Shown: in pieces, positions 1-13,888 of the stretch | How the letters are laid out: each line of letters begins with the position of its first letter | Position numbering within the stretch: position 1 is the stretch's first letter | Assembly: GCA_964653725.1 (NCBI GenBank) | Contig: CAZZHK010000007.1 | Span: forward strand, 35,629-99,628 | Direction of reading: 5' to 3' | DNA from: an uncultured Planctomycetales bacterium | Lineage (GTDB): Bacteria > Planctomycetota > UBA1135 > CAZZHK01 | Length of the DNA: 64,000 nucleotides | Notes under the pieces: model-generated | Told to the model about the DNA's origin: nothing | Database searches by the model: none | Seen by the model: the letters and a program-made list of their open reading frames with translations, nothing else | Made by a program: the position numbers and the translations under genes

Positions 1-673
1 GATCCAGTCGACCCGGCAGCGACGCCTTGGCGGCCGCCACGTAGAGGTCCTGGGCCCGGCGCACGGACTCCTCCAGCAGGGCGGACCGGGTCAACCCACT
101 GCGGCTGGCCCACCACGCATCCCATGCCTCGGGCGTGGTGTCGACGTGGCCCGTGATCCGGCGCAAGGCCCTCCGCGCATGTACTGCCAGTCCCGGCTCT
201 CCGAGGGCACCGATCAGAAGTTCGACCGCCCCGGTCCACCCCATTGCGCCGGCCGCATGAATCGCCCCCCTCCGGACACCGGCGTCCACGCCCTCCTGCG
301 CCGCCAGCATGCGCAGCACATCGGCCTTGATGTCGCCCTCCGCGCTGCGCAGGTGGCCCAAGGCCAGGTCGAAGATCCTGCCCTCACGGCCCAGCAGGAC
401 CAGCAGGTCCTCGACGAAGATGCGCGTCCTGGCGCCTGCCGCGAGTGCGTCCAGCACGGCCTCGACCCCGAGCAAGTCTGTGCCGGCCCGCAGGACCTCG
501 TGAAGGCACTCTCTCGCCTCCGCCCCCCAGAACTCCCCCACCAGATCCGTCGCCGCGAGCGCCTTGCCAGCCGCATTTTCCTGGCTCCGCAGCACACCCA
601 TTGCCTGCGCCGCAGAACCGCCCGGAGCAGGGTCCTGGGCGAGGAGTGCGAGGATGAGAAGGAAGTGAGTCAC
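1..673 (-). CDS. HEAT-repeat (PBS-lyase HEAT-like) protein with N-terminal hydrophobic signal; 3' end lies beyond the window
   Basis: Not in the ORF track because it runs off the window edge. I translated the minus frame whose codons are antisense-aligned to the 146..808 plus ORF. It is open from a GTG at 673 down to position 2 and has high GC3. The protein starts (M)THFLLILALLAQDPAP and contains HEAT-like repeats such as VRRGAIHAAGAMGWTGAVELLIGALGEPGLAVHARRALRRITG. Confidence 0.6.
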   Translation of the reverse strand, partial: MTHFLLILALLAQDPAPGGSAAQAMGVLRSQENAAGKALAATDLVGEFWGAEARECLHEVLRAGTDLLGVEAVLDALAAGARTRIFVEDLLVLLGREGRIFDLALGHLRSAEGDIKADVLRMLAAQEGVDAGVRRGAIHAAGAMGWTGAVELLIGALGEPGLAVHARRALRRITGHVDTTPEAWDAWWASRSGLTRSALLEESVRRAQDLYVAAAKASLPGRLD

Positions 674-692
674 GGCGGCCCGGCCGCCGATC

Positions 693-2654
693 CTACGCAC
701 CCGCTGACAGCCAGGCGAGGAGGCGGGCGGCGAGGGCAGCGGGCGGCGCGTGGGAGGTGTCGAGGAGCACGTCGGCGACCAGGGCGTAGAGGGGGCCGCG
801 GGTGTTGAGGAGAGCACGTACCTCGGCCTCGGGCGAGAGGTCGGGGAGCAGGCTAGGCCGCGAAGTACCGACGGTGCGCTCCAGCAGGACAGCGTCCGGC
901 GCGCTCAGGTGGATGACCCGCCCCTGATGGCCGATTCGGGCCCGCGACATGTCATCGGTGACCGCGCCGCCGCCGGTAGCGATCACCGCCGTGTCACCGG
1001 CCCCCGCGCGGTCGACGGCGGCCGCCTCGCGGGCCCTGAATCCCTCCTTGCCCTCGGCTGTGAGGACGCCTGCGACGTCCTGCCCCGCGTCCTCCTCGAC
1101 GAGGCGATCCGTGTCGACGAAGGGGCGCTCCAGGGCCTCCGCCAGCAGCGCCCCGATCGTGGTCTTGCCGGCGCCGCGCGGACCGACCAGCCAGATGTGG
1201 CCTCGGCGAGCAGCGGCGGCCGCAGCGCTGACATCGACCGCCTCGTCAAATGCCTCGGCCGCCATCTCAGCGGATTGGGGGTCGTTCAGCAGACCGGCCT
1301 GGCGCCGGCCCTGGCCCCGGAACATCTCGTCTCCGGTGACGACATGGCCCCCGACAGCCATCGCGTCGCGGAGCAGCGGCGTGACAGGAGGATCCACCGC
1401 CATGTCCACCACCAGGGCGCCCGGAGTCAGCGACCGGAGGATTTCTCGCGGCGGCTCGTCCGGATCCGCCGACGTGGCATTGACGAGGATCCTGGTGCCT
1501 TCCAGAGCGGTCTCGCCGCGGCCCAGCAACGCCGTCCCGCAGCCAGCCTGGTCGAACGCTGCCGCCACCGCGCGGCCCGCCCCGCCGCGGCCGAAGACCG
1601 CCGCCGGCACGCCGTTCAACTGCCCGACCACCGCCGCGACCAGCTCGCGCACCGCAGGTCCGTCGGTGTTGGCGCACGCCCAGTGCTCGCCCTCGCGCAG
1701 CAGTGTGTTGGTGACACCGGGATCGAAATCGTCCAGGACACCGTCCGCGATCGCTCGCGCTGCGGCCTTGTGCGGCGCCGTGACCGCGAAGCCGCCGAAT
1801 GGCGGGTGCCCGAACGCCCCCCAGAGCGCGTCCCAGTCGTCGTCCCCCAGTGCGGTGAAGACGGCGTCGCGCCCCAGCGCCCCGAAGACGCGCGCGTGGC
1901 ACGCCGGCGACCAGGACCGGGCGACCTGGGGCCCGCCCAGGACGGCGAAGGGCGTGGTCGTCGCCGACGCGCCGCCCTCCGGCAGCAGGGCGGCCAGCCG
2001 CCCCAACGACGGCTGGTTCGTCACGGCCGGCCACAGGGGATCGGCGGCCCCGTAGACAAGGGGCGCGCCGAAGGAGGGCGCCAGGAGCCGTCCCGAGAGC
2101 GACCACAGACCTGCCAGAGGGAAGGCCGCCAGACACGGCCGGTCGGCGTTGGCGGTCGCCATGGCCTCCAGCAGCGCCGCGATCCGGGGCGCGCGGTCGA
2201 CCGCCACGACCAGCTTGGCCAGGCCGTTCTGACCTGCCTCTTCCAGCAGCCGCTCGACCATGACCGCGAGGGCGCCCGGGTCGGCGGCCAGCGCGCCCGA
2301 CTTGTCGTGGTGGGACACGATGCGCCGGACGCCCCGGGGCAGGTCCACCGGCACAGGATCGTCCACATCGGTGTCCACGAAGGCGCAGCCTGCATCGACC
2401 GCAGCTGCCAGTGCCGCCGGCGCCCGCGACGGATCCCGGCAGGTGGCCATCCAGGGGACCGGCCAGTCACCGACGATTTCGGCCAGGGTCTGGTCGTCCA
2501 CCGGGCCCGCAAACACACGGTCCAGCCGCAGTTCCAGGGCGGTGGCCCCCTGGGAACAAGCCCGCAGTCCGGCCGCGGCCGGCCCTGTCCCCTCCGCCGG
2601 GTCCGGTCTCCAGGGCTCGCAGACCGAACCCACCAGCAGGGCGGGCTCAGCCAA
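693..2654 (-). CDS. Trifunctional shikimate-pathway fusion: type I 3-dehydroquinate dehydratase (AroD) - shikimate dehydrogenase (AroE) - shikimate kinase (AroK)
   Basis: The N-terminal part carries ELRLD, SHHD and AKLVVAV, as in type I DHQase. The middle part carries GFAVTAPHK, NTDG and GRGGAGRA, as in AroE. The C-terminal part carries the P-loop GPRGAGKTT, then FVDTD and ATGGGAV, as in AroK. The start is uncertain: a TTG at 2654 overlaps the upstream stop, a GTG lies at 2633, and the ATG at 2717 would overlap the upstream gene by 71 nt. Confidence 0.85.
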   Translation of the reverse strand: MAEPALLVGSVCEPWRPDPAEGTGPAAAGLRACSQGATALELRLDRVFAGPVDDQTLAEIVGDWPVPWMATCRDPSRAPAALAAAVDAGCAFVDTDVDDPVPVDLPRGVRRIVSHHDKSGALAADPGALAVMVERLLEEAGQNGLAKLVVAVDRAPRIAALLEAMATANADRPCLAAFPLAGLWSLSGRLLAPSFGAPLVYGAADPLWPAVTNQPSLGRLAALLPEGGASATTTPFAVLGGPQVARSWSPACHARVFGALGRDAVFTALGDDDWDALWGAFGHPPFGGFAVTAPHKAAARAIADGVLDDFDPGVTNTLLREGEHWACANTDGPAVRELVAAVVGQLNGVPAAVFGRGGAGRAVAAAFDQAGCGTALLGRGETALEGTRILVNATSADPDEPPREILRSLTPGALVVDMAVDPPVTPLLRDAMAVGGHVVTGDEMFRGQGRRQAGLLNDPQSAEMAAEAFDEAVDVSAAAAAARRGHIWLVGPRGAGKTTIGALLAEALERPFVDTDRLVEEDAGQDVAGVLTAEGKEGFRAREAAAVDRAGAGDTAVIATGGGAVTDDMSRARIGHQGRVIHLSAPDAVLLERTVGTSRPSLLPDLSPEAEVRALLNTRGPLYALVADVLLDTSHAPPAALAARLLAWLSAGA

Positions 2655-3558
2655 TTTCCAGGGCCCGCTCCACCGCGTCGGCCGCGGCCTCGTCCAGACC
2701 CGCCCGGCGCGCGACATCGAGCGCGCGCTTGGACAGCGCGCGATAGGTGTCGACCAGGTCCGGACGCGCAGCGGCCAGGGCGGCCATGTGTTCCGCCACC
2801 AGGGCCGCGTCGCCGCGGGCCACCGGTCCGGTCAGGGCCGCCTCGGGACCGAGCCGCGCCGCGCTGTCCAGCGCGCCCTCGGCCAGGGGCCGCAGTGCCT
2901 CGAGCGCGACGAAGGGGTCTCCTCCCTGGGCCGAGGACGCCGCGTCCATCAGCGCCACCAGCGCGTTGCCGGCGAGGACGCAGCCGGCGTGGTAGAGCGT
3001 CTTGTCGGCCGCCGCCACGCTGCGCGGCCGGCCGCCCATGGCGCCCACCAGCGCCTCCATGGCGCTCCGGGCATCGTCGCTGTCCGTCTCGAGACCCCAG
3101 GACACGCCCGGCAGCAGGATCTGGCCCCGCTCGCGGTCGGAAAATGTCTGGCTCGGGTGCATGGAGCCCAGCAGCGGCGAGCCGGCCGGGGTCCCCAGCA
3201 CCGAAGCGGTGAGGGCGCCCGCGGTGTGGGCCATGACCCAGGATTCGCCCTCAAGCACTGCCGTGCCGAGCGCATCCGACGACGACGCGCCGGCGACGAC
3301 CGGATCAGGGACGCACACCAGCAGCAGGCCCGCGACGCCCCCTTCGGCAGAAGGATCCATGGAGGCCACCAGGGCCGCGCCCAGGTCGGACGCGGTCACG
3401 GGGGCGCAGGAACCGCCGATGAAGGCGGCCGAGTCGGCGGACGCAGCCGCCGACCGCGCGGCGCAGGCGACCACCGGCCAGCCGGACTGCACAAGCGCAG
3501 CGCCGACCGCGGCACCCACCCGGCCGGGCCCAAGGATGGCGACGGGAAAGCGGCTCAT
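2647..3558 (-). CDS. Rossmann-fold plus DUF2520-like oxidoreductase (possible PanG-type ketopantoate reductase)
   Basis: An internal ATG (MSRFPVAILGPGRVGAAVG) supplies the dinucleotide-binding GxGxxG motif. This start overlaps the ispE stop as ATGA. The C-terminal half (LTGPVARGD...) looks like DUF2520. Confidence 0.65.
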   Translation of the reverse strand: MSRFPVAILGPGRVGAAVGAALVQSGWPVVACAARSAAASADSAAFIGGSCAPVTASDLGAALVASMDPSAEGGVAGLLLVCVPDPVVAGASSSDALGTAVLEGESWVMAHTAGALTASVLGTPAGSPLLGSMHPSQTFSDRERGQILLPGVSWGLETDSDDARSAMEALVGAMGGRPRSVAAADKTLYHAGCVLAGNALVALMDAASSAQGGDPFVALEALRPLAEGALDSAARLGPEAALTGPVARGDAALVAEHMAALAAARPDLVDTYRALSKRALDVARRAGLDEAAADAVERALEIG

Positions 3559-4439
3559 GCTGAGACCCATGCCCGGGCGCGATCGCCCAGCGAGACGCGC
3601 ACCTGTTCGACCATCCAGCCCGCCTCGTCCGGATCGGCACACAGCCGGAAGAATGCCGAGCCGCTGCCGGTCATTGTGAAGTGCCCCAGGCCCGCCTCCT
3701 CCAGCGCGATTTCCACCTCCGCCAGCTCTGGCGCCACCATGAACGCCGCCACCGTCAGTCGGTTGTAGCAGGCGTCTCGCGCGGCCTCGACGTCGCGTGA
3801 GGCGAGGGCTTCCAGGAGCGCGTCGTGCGCCGACACCGGGCCATCGAGGTCGCCAGGCAGGGCGGCGAAGACCTCCGGTGTGGAGCAGTGGGTATCCGGT
3901 GCCACCACCACCAGGGGCAGCGGCCGGTCGATCCCGTCCAGCGGCTCCACCTGCTCGCCGACACCCGAGCCAAGGGCCACCAGGCCCGGGGGCTTGCCGC
4001 AGGCCAGCAGGGCGAACGGCACATCGGCGCCCTGGAAGGCAGCGCTTGCCTGCAGGTCGTCGACTCCTGCACGGCCCGGCAGGAGCCGGTCCATCGCCGT
4101 CAGCACCGCGGCCGCATCAGCCGAACCGCCGCCCAGCCCCGCGCCGGCGGGAATGCGCTTGAGCAGCCGGACAGACGCGCCCTCTCCCTGCCCCCAACTC
4201 TCCAGGAAGGCGGCCGCAGCCCGGCCCGCCAGGTTCTCGGCCGGGTCCGCCGGCGCGTCGCCGGTGACGTCGAGGGAGACCCGGCCGTCATCGGTCAATG
4301 AGACCTCGACCTCGTCCGCCAGGTCGAGCGACCGATAGACGGTGTCGAGCAGGTGGTAGCCGTCGGATTCCCTGCGCCCGAGCACCTCGAGGAACAGGTT
4401 CACCTTGGCAGGAGCGGCCAGGCGGACGGCATCCGTCAC
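3555..4439 (-). CDS. ispE: 4-diphosphocytidyl-2-C-methyl-D-erythritol kinase
   Basis: The N-terminus APAKVNLFLEVLGRRESDGYH and the GHMP-kinase motif PAGAGLGGGSADAA are present. The length is 294 aa. Confidence 0.9.
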   Translation of the reverse strand: MTDAVRLAAPAKVNLFLEVLGRRESDGYHLLDTVYRSLDLADEVEVSLTDDGRVSLDVTGDAPADPAENLAGRAAAAFLESWGQGEGASVRLLKRIPAGAGLGGGSADAAAVLTAMDRLLPGRAGVDDLQASAAFQGADVPFALLACGKPPGLVALGSGVGEQVEPLDGIDRPLPLVVVAPDTHCSTPEVFAALPGDLDGPVSAHDALLEALASRDVEAARDACYNRLTVAAFMVAPELAEVEIALEEAGLGHFTMTGSGSAFFRLCADPDEAGWMVEQVRVSLGDRARAWVSA

Positions 4440-5296
4440 GCTCTCGCCTCCTCCGGCAGCGACAGGTTGTCGATCAGCCGCACGCCGCCCACCCGGGCGG
4501 CCACCAGGGCGCGCGCTTGGCGGGGATGGGTCACCGGCCCCAGCCGCTTCGGATCGCGCACAGCGGCGTATTCGACATCTGCTCCCGCCTCGCTCATGTG
4601 CGCCGCCATCGCCGCCTCCAGCAGGGCCGCGTCGCGCTGGCCCCAGTGCCAGTCCTCACGCGCAGCGAAAAGCGCCTGGGACAGCGAGCAGGCCGCCGCC
4701 CGGTCGTCCGGCCCCAGCCGCTCGTTCCGCGAGGACAGGGCCAGGCCATCGGGCTCGCGCACCGTCGGGCACACCACCAGGTCCACGCGCAATTCCTCCG
4801 CCATGATCAGATGGGCCACCACCCGGGTCTGCTGCCAGTCCTTGGCGCCGAAATAGGCGCGGCAGGGTCCGGCCACGTCGAACAGGTGGGCAACCACCGT
4901 GGCCACGCCATCGAAATGGCCCGGACGGTGCTCCCCCTCAAGTCCGGATGCCTCAGGGCCGGCCTCGAGACGCTCGCGGTCACACCGTTTGGCGAACGCT
5001 CCGCCCTCGTCGGGCGCAAACACCCAGTCCACCCCCATCGCCGCCAACTTTTCGGTGTCCTCCTCCAGCGTCCTCGGGTAGCCACGGAGGTCCCCCGGGT
5101 CGTCGAATTGCAGTGCATTCACGTAGATCGAGACGGCCACCGCCTCGCAATCGGCCGCCGCACGCTTCACCAGCGCCAGATGACCGTCGTGGAGCGCCCC
5201 CATTGTGGGCACGAAACCGACCGTCGCTCCGTCGGACCGCGCCGCATCGCAGGCAGCCTTGAGCGCGTCCTGGCAGTGGATCACGTCGGGGCCCAT
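4436..5296 (-). CDS. panC: Pantoate--beta-alanine ligase
   Basis: An internal ATG at 5296 (MGPDVIHC...) is followed by PTMGALHDGHLALV and FGAKDWQQ. The long R/G-rich N-terminal extension of ORF 4436..5803 overlaps folK and was rejected. Confidence 0.9.
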   Translation of the reverse strand: MGPDVIHCQDALKAACDAARSDGATVGFVPTMGALHDGHLALVKRAAADCEAVAVSIYVNALQFDDPGDLRGYPRTLEEDTEKLAAMGVDWVFAPDEGGAFAKRCDRERLEAGPEASGLEGEHRPGHFDGVATVVAHLFDVAGPCRAYFGAKDWQQTRVVAHLIMAEELRVDLVVCPTVREPDGLALSSRNERLGPDDRAAACSLSQALFAAREDWHWGQRDAALLEAAMAAHMSEAGADVEYAAVRDPKRLGPVTHPRQARALVAARVGGVRLIDNLSLPEEARA

Positions 5297-5756
5297 CAGA
5301 GGGCCTCCTCCGTCACACCCATGCGGGCCGGCAGATCCGCGTCGTCGGGATGGAGCACCTCCGCCAGGGGCTCCATGACGAAGGCGCGCTCCCCCATGCG
5401 CGGATGGGGAAGGGTCAGGTTGTCCCCGGCCCTGCGCTCGTGTCCAGCCAGCAGCAGGTCCAGATCGATGGTCCGCGGGCCGTGCGCACTGTCGCGAACC
5501 CGACCGCCGGCCTCCTCGATGGCCAGGAGCTCCATCAGCATCTCCTCCGGCGACCGCTCCGCGGAAAGCCGGCAGACCCCGTTCAGGAACTTGTCCTGGG
5601 CGGGCTCGCCGCGCGACACAGGCACATGCTCTGTCTCGCGCAGCAGGCTCACTGATTCGAGCACCAGCGAATCGACCTCCAGCAGACGGCCCAGCGCCTC
5701 CTCGATGGCCCGGCGCCGGGGGGCCACATTGCTCCCCAGGCCGACGTAGAAGCGGG

Positions 5757-5760
<4 letters not shown>
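5296..5760 (-). CDS. folK: 2-amino-4-hydroxy-6-hydroxymethyldihydropteridine diphosphokinase (HPPK)
   Basis: The 154-aa C-terminal part of ORF 5296..6510 starts MTRFYVGLGSNV and contains IDLDLL and LTLPHPRM. Its stop overlaps the panC start by 1 nt (TGATG). Confidence 0.85.
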
Positions 5761-8180
<2,420 letters not shown>

Positions 8181-8227
8181 ACCCCCACCGAGAGGCGGTT
8201 CCGGGCTAAACTCCCAGGAACTAGTCC

Positions 8228-9682
<1,455 letters not shown>

Positions 9683-9724
9683 GCGGGACCAACGAGGCCG
9701 GGGGGCGGGGGGTATAAGGGGTCC

Positions 9725-10798
9725 ATGACTGGAGCCGAAGAGAGCAGCACGAGCCAGGGGCTCGACGATCTGGAGAGGGCGAACCGCCTGGGCCAGGCCG
9801 CGGGCCGGATCCGCGAGGAACTCGGCCGAGCCATCGTCGGCCAGGACGAGGTCATCGAGCTGTGCCTGACGGCGCTGTTCTCCGGCGGCCACTGCCTGCT
9901 GGTGGGCGTTCCCGGCCTGGCCAAGACCCTGCTGGTGAGTTCGCTGAGCCGAACGCTGGGCCTGTCGTTTTCCCGCATCCAGTTCACGCCCGACCTGATG
10001 CCCGCCGACATCACCGGCACCGAGGTGCTGCAGGAGAACAGAACCACCGGCGAGCGAGAGTTCCACTTCCTGCCCGGCCCCGTGTTCGCCAACGTGATCC
10101 TGGCGGACGAGATCAATCGCACGCCGCCCAAGACCCAGGCGGCGCTGCTGGAAGCCATGCAGGAGGCCCAGGTCACCGCCGGCGGCGAGAAGCACACGCT
10201 CGACCAGCCCTTCCTGGTGCTCGCCACCCAGAACCCCATCGAGCAGGAGGGCACCTACCCCCTGCCCGAGGCCCAGCTGGACCGCTTCCAGTTCATGATC
10301 CGCGTCGACTACCCCGAGAGCGGCGAGGAGCGCCAGATCCTGGAGCGCACCACCGTGGAACAGTCCGTGGAGATCGAGAAAGTGGTGACCGGCGAGGAGA
10401 TCCTGGAGTTCCAGCAGACGGTTCGCCGCGTCCCTATCGCCCCGGACGTCATGGACTACGCGATCCGACTGGTGCGCGCCACGCGTACGCGCGGCGACCA
10501 CACGCCGCCGGAGTTCGTGGCCCAGTCGGTGTCCTGGGGCGCGGGACCGCGCGCTGGCCAGTTCCTGGTGCTGGGCGGCAAGGCGCGTGCGCTGCTGCAC
10601 GGCAACCGCCACGTCTCGATCGAGGACATCCAGGCCATGGCGCTGCCCGTGCTGCGGCACCGGATCGTGACCAACTTCGCCGCCGAGGCGGAGGGCGTGG
10701 ACTCCGACGAGATCATCCGGCGCCTGCTTGACACCGTGCCCACGCATCCCTCCGACCGCCTGGATGACGACAAGCTCCCGTCGGTCGTGGGATCCTAG
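9725..10798 (+). CDS. MoxR-family AAA+ ATPase
   Basis: Walker [12 protein letters not shown], then [16 protein letters not shown] and Walker B ILADEINR. Confidence 0.92.
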   Translation: MTGAEESSTSQGLDDLERANRLGQAAGRIREELGRAIVGQDEVIELCLTALFSGGHCLLVGVPGLAKTLLVSSLSRTLGLSFSRIQFTPDLMPADITGTEVLQENRTTGEREFHFLPGPVFANVILADEINRTPPKTQAALLEAMQEAQVTAGGEKHTLDQPFLVLATQNPIEQEGTYPLPEAQLDRFQFMIRVDYPESGEERQILERTTVEQSVEIEKVVTGEEILEFQQTVRRVPIAPDVMDYAIRLVRATRTRGDHTPPEFVAQSVSWGAGPRAGQFLVLGGKARALLHGNRHVSIEDIQAMALPVLRHRIVTNFAAEAEGVDSDEIIRRLLDTVPTHPSDRLDDDKLPSVVGS

Positions 10799-11702
10799 GA
10801 CCCTCGGCCGCCTGAGGCGGCTGGGTCTGCGCGCCGCCGGGCGCGTCGAGGGACTGGTCGGCGGCCTTCACGCGAGCCACCTGCGCGGCTCGTCCGTCGA
10901 CTTCCTGGCCCACCGCGAATATGCGCCCGGCGACGACGTGCGCGACCTGGACTGGAAGGTGAGGGCGCGGACCGACCGCTGGGTGGTCAAGGAATACGAG
11001 CAGGAGACCAACCTGGACCTCTCGCTGGTCATCGACGCCTCCGAATCAATGGGCTTCGGATCGGTGGAAACGGACGGGGACGAGACCCTGACCAAGTTCG
11101 ACTATGCCGCATGGATCGCGGCAACCCTGGCCGCCCTGGCCCTGCGTCAGCGCGATCAGGCGTCGGTGCATCTTCTGGCCGGCGGCCAGGCCCACGGGCC
11201 CCACCTGCCGCCGGGCGGCGGCATGGGGCAATTGGCCGCCGTGCTGCGCGTCCTGGGCGAGTCCGATCCTGACGGAACGGTGTCGCTGCCGCAGGCGCTG
11301 CGGCTGGTGGCCGAGAGGACCCCGCGGCGCGGCATCGTGGCCGTTCTGAGCGACCTGTTCGACGACGAGGACGGCGTGCTGGCCGGCCTGGCGCTGCTGC
11401 GTGAGCGCGGCCACGACGTGGTCGTGTTCCAACTGCTCGACCCCCAGGAGGCCGACTTCCCCTTCGAACGGATGACGCGGTTCCAGGGGATGGAGGACGC
11501 AGGCCGTCTGGACGTGGACACCAGAGCCATCCGTTCGGCCTACCTGGCCGAGGTCGAGGACTTCCTGGCGCGCATGAGGCGCGGCTGCGCGGCCCGCGAG
11601 GCATCGTTCGTTCCGGTGCGCACGGACGCTCCGCTCGACCGCACCCTGGTCCGCTGGCTGGCGGCCCGCTCAGCCCGTCTGCGCCGCAGGGGTGGACGCT
11701 GA
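10764..11702 (+). CDS. DUF58 protein (VWA-like, MoxR partner)
   Basis: [28 protein letters not shown] and the MIDAS-like motif VIDASESM are present. The start is ambiguous (ATG at 10764 or 10728), and either choice overlaps the end of the MoxR gene. Confidence 0.85.
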   Translation: MTTSSRRSWDPRTLGRLRRLGLRAAGRVEGLVGGLHASHLRGSSVDFLAHREYAPGDDVRDLDWKVRARTDRWVVKEYEQETNLDLSLVIDASESMGFGSVETDGDETLTKFDYAAWIAATLAALALRQRDQASVHLLAGGQAHGPHLPPGGGMGQLAAVLRVLGESDPDGTVSLPQALRLVAERTPRRGIVAVLSDLFDDEDGVLAGLALLRERGHDVVVFQLLDPQEADFPFERMTRFQGMEDAGRLDVDTRAIRSAYLAEVEDFLARMRRGCAAREASFVPVRTDAPLDRTLVRWLAARSARLRRRGGR

Positions 11703-13888
11703 TGAGCTTCCTCCACCCGGCGCTGGCGTGGGGCGCCCTCGCCTTCACGGTGCCGCTGCTGATTCATCTGCTGAACCGCCGGCGCCTGCGCCGCATCGAC
11801 TGGGCGGCGATGGAGTTCCTGAGGCGCGCCTATCGAAAGACCCGGCGGCGCCTGGCGCTCGAGAACCTGCTGCTGCTGCTCCTGCGCTGTGCGGCTGTCG
11901 CGCTGCTGGCCCTGGGCCTCGCACGGCCCGTCCTGGAGGGCGGCCTGCTGCCGGGCGCCGCCCTGGAGCGAGCGAGGGAAGCGGTGCTGGTGATCGACGG
12001 CTCGTTCTCGATGGCCGCAGCGCTGCCCGGAGGCCGGCCCTGGGAGGCGGGCCTGCGGCGCGCCGAGGAGGTGCTGGAGGGCCTGGACGCCGGCGCCGGC
12101 GACCGTGCGCATCTGGTGGTGGCCGGCTCGCCTCCCAGGCTGCTGTCGACACCCGACCCTGAGCGCGCGCGAGCCGAATTGGCCGGACTCCGCGACCGGC
12201 GGCCGCCCGCCCCGACCACCGATTTCAGTGCCACCCTGTCCCTGGTCGAGCGCCTGCTGGACGAGGGACCGGCCAGCGCGGCCGACCGCGAGGTCCACTG
12301 GATCACCGACCGCCAGGCGGCGGCCTTCTCCGACAGCGGCACGGAGTCCGGTTCCGCGGACCAGGTCAAGGAGCGGCTGGCGGCCATTGGCGCTCTGCGC
12401 ATGCTGGTCCACGACCTTGGCGGGACGGATCCACGGCCGCCCAACCGGGCGGTGATCGATCTGGCCGCCGACGCGCCTGGCCTTCCGGTGGCAGCGCACG
12501 GACGCTTCACCGCCACCGTGGCCAACTTCGGCGACAGCGAAGCCTCCGGTGTGCGCGTCCATTTCCTGGTGGATGGAGAACGCAGGCCCGGCGCGTCCGT
12601 GGACATCCCTGCCCGGGGCACCGCCGCCGTGACCTTGACCGCCGCGTTCGCCCGTCCGGGAGAACACGCGGTCGAGGCGGTCCTCGAGGCCGACCTGCTG
12701 CCGGACGACGACCGGCGCGCGCTTTCGGTGACGGTGCTGCCGCCGACCCGCGTGCTGCTGGTCGACGGGCTGCCCAGCGCCGACCCGCTGCTGCGCGGCT
12801 CGGGTCCGCTTCCCGACATCCTGGCACCCTCCGACGACCCGCTCCTGGCCGACGAGTCGCCGTTCCGGCTGACCGAATGGTCCGCCCCCGACCTGGTCCG
12901 CAACACGGGGACCCTGGGTGGGTTCGATGTGGTCGTGATGACCGCGGTCGGCCTCCTGCCGGAGGCTGTGCGCTCGGACCTGGCGACATTCATCGAGGCG
13001 GGCGGCGGGCTGTGGGTGTTCGGCGGTCCGCCCCTGGAAGGAGCGGATCCGGGAGTCGGCCTGGGCGATCTGGTGCCGGGCACCGTCGGACCGCGCGTCC
13101 AGGCCAGCGACAGGCGGGGCGACTACTTCAGGATCCGCGAGTTCCGCCGCGGCCATCCCGCCTTCGCCCTGTTCGACGACCCCCTCTGGGAGCCTCTCCT
13201 GACCGAAGTGCCGGTGGCCGCCTTCCTGCCGATCGAACCGGCACAGGGTGTCCAGGTGCTGGCCCGCATGGACGATCCTGCGCGGTCTGCGCTGATCGTC
13301 GAGACCCGCCGCGGCTCGGGACGGATCTGGTGGTGCGGCACCACCGCCAGCACCGAGTGGAGTTCGCTGGCGTCCTCGCCCTCCACCCTGGTGCCCCTTG
13401 TGATGGACACACTTCGCTTCCTGGCCACACCGCCGCCGGCGTTGCGTGACCTGGTCCTCGGATCGCCATTGACCCTGTCGCTCGATGCCCTGGTTCCGCG
13501 TGTCACGGTGGTCGGGCCAGACGCGGCCACCTCCTCGTGGGGCGGCACGCCGGTCGCGTCGCCTGACGGCGGCTGGGTCTGGCCGCCGTTCGAGGACGCG
13601 GACGCGCCCGGCATCTGGCGAGTCAAGCCGGAGGGAGCACCCGAACGAGTCTTCGCGCTGGGGCTGGACCCGGCCGAATCCGACCTCGAGCGCCTGGACG
13701 CCGGCGCGCTGGTGGCCGCATTCGCGCCGCTGCCGACGGAGATCGCCGGGGCGATCGACCGCAGTTCTCCTGCCGATTCGGACGACGACGGACGGGGCGG
13801 AGAACTGGCCCGCTCCGTGCTGATTGCCGCCTTCGCCCTGCTGATGGCCGAATCGCTCCTGGCCCGCTGGATCGGGAGGCGGCGCTGA
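11702..13888 (+). CDS. BatA-type N-terminal double-TM domain protein with VWA and GATase1-like domains and a C-terminal TM anchor
   Basis: The N-terminus is [36 protein letters not shown] is a DxSxS MIDAS motif. FIEAGGGLWVFGG and a C-terminal hydrophobic helix are also present. The start overlaps the DUF58 stop by 1 nt. Confidence 0.8.
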   Translation: MSFLHPALAWGALAFTVPLLIHLLNRRRLRRIDWAAMEFLRRAYRKTRRRLALENLLLLLLRCAAVALLALGLARPVLEGGLLPGAALERAREAVLVIDGSFSMAAALPGGRPWEAGLRRAEEVLEGLDAGAGDRAHLVVAGSPPRLLSTPDPERARAELAGLRDRRPPAPTTDFSATLSLVERLLDEGPASAADREVHWITDRQAAAFSDSGTESGSADQVKERLAAIGALRMLVHDLGGTDPRPPNRAVIDLAADAPGLPVAAHGRFTATVANFGDSEASGVRVHFLVDGERRPGASVDIPARGTAAVTLTAAFARPGEHAVEAVLEADLLPDDDRRALSVTVLPPTRVLLVDGLPSADPLLRGSGPLPDILAPSDDPLLADESPFRLTEWSAPDLVRNTGTLGGFDVVVMTAVGLLPEAVRSDLATFIEAGGGLWVFGGPPLEGADPGVGLGDLVPGTVGPRVQASDRRGDYFRIREFRRGHPAFALFDDPLWEPLLTEVPVAAFLPIEPAQGVQVLARMDDPARSALIVETRRGSGRIWWCGTTASTEWSSLASSPSTLVPLVMDTLRFLATPPPALRDLVLGSPLTLSLDALVPRVTVVGPDAATSSWGGTPVASPDGGWVWPPFEDADAPGIWRVKPEGAPERVFALGLDPAESDLERLDAGALVAAFAPLPTEIAGAIDRSSPADSDDDGRGGELARSVLIAAFALLMAESLLARWIGRRR

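Noticed and set aside
146-808. The 220-aa plus-strand ORF and the 127-aa minus ORF (214..597) covering the left end of the window
   Set aside because: Both give Arg/Gln/Cys/Trp-rich nonsense. The codon-aligned antisense frame, which is not listed because it runs off the window, gives a clean HEAT-repeat protein with high GC3.
750-3212. Very long GC-rich shadow ORFs opposite real genes: 750..3212+, 8840..10747-, 11540..13156-, 13123..15747-, 17025..18782+, 17812..19350-, 21533..23707-, 23466..24851-, 28857..30689+, 31064..32779-, 37551..38813-, 52640..53863+, 53313..55349+, 56187..57521-, 59169..60578-, 60808..62166-, 62384..63574+
   Set aside because: At about 70% GC, stop codons are rare in non-coding frames. 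These translations are Arg/Pro/Gly/Ala low-complexity sequence with no motifs, and each one overlaps a gene with clear family signatures on the other strand or in another frame.
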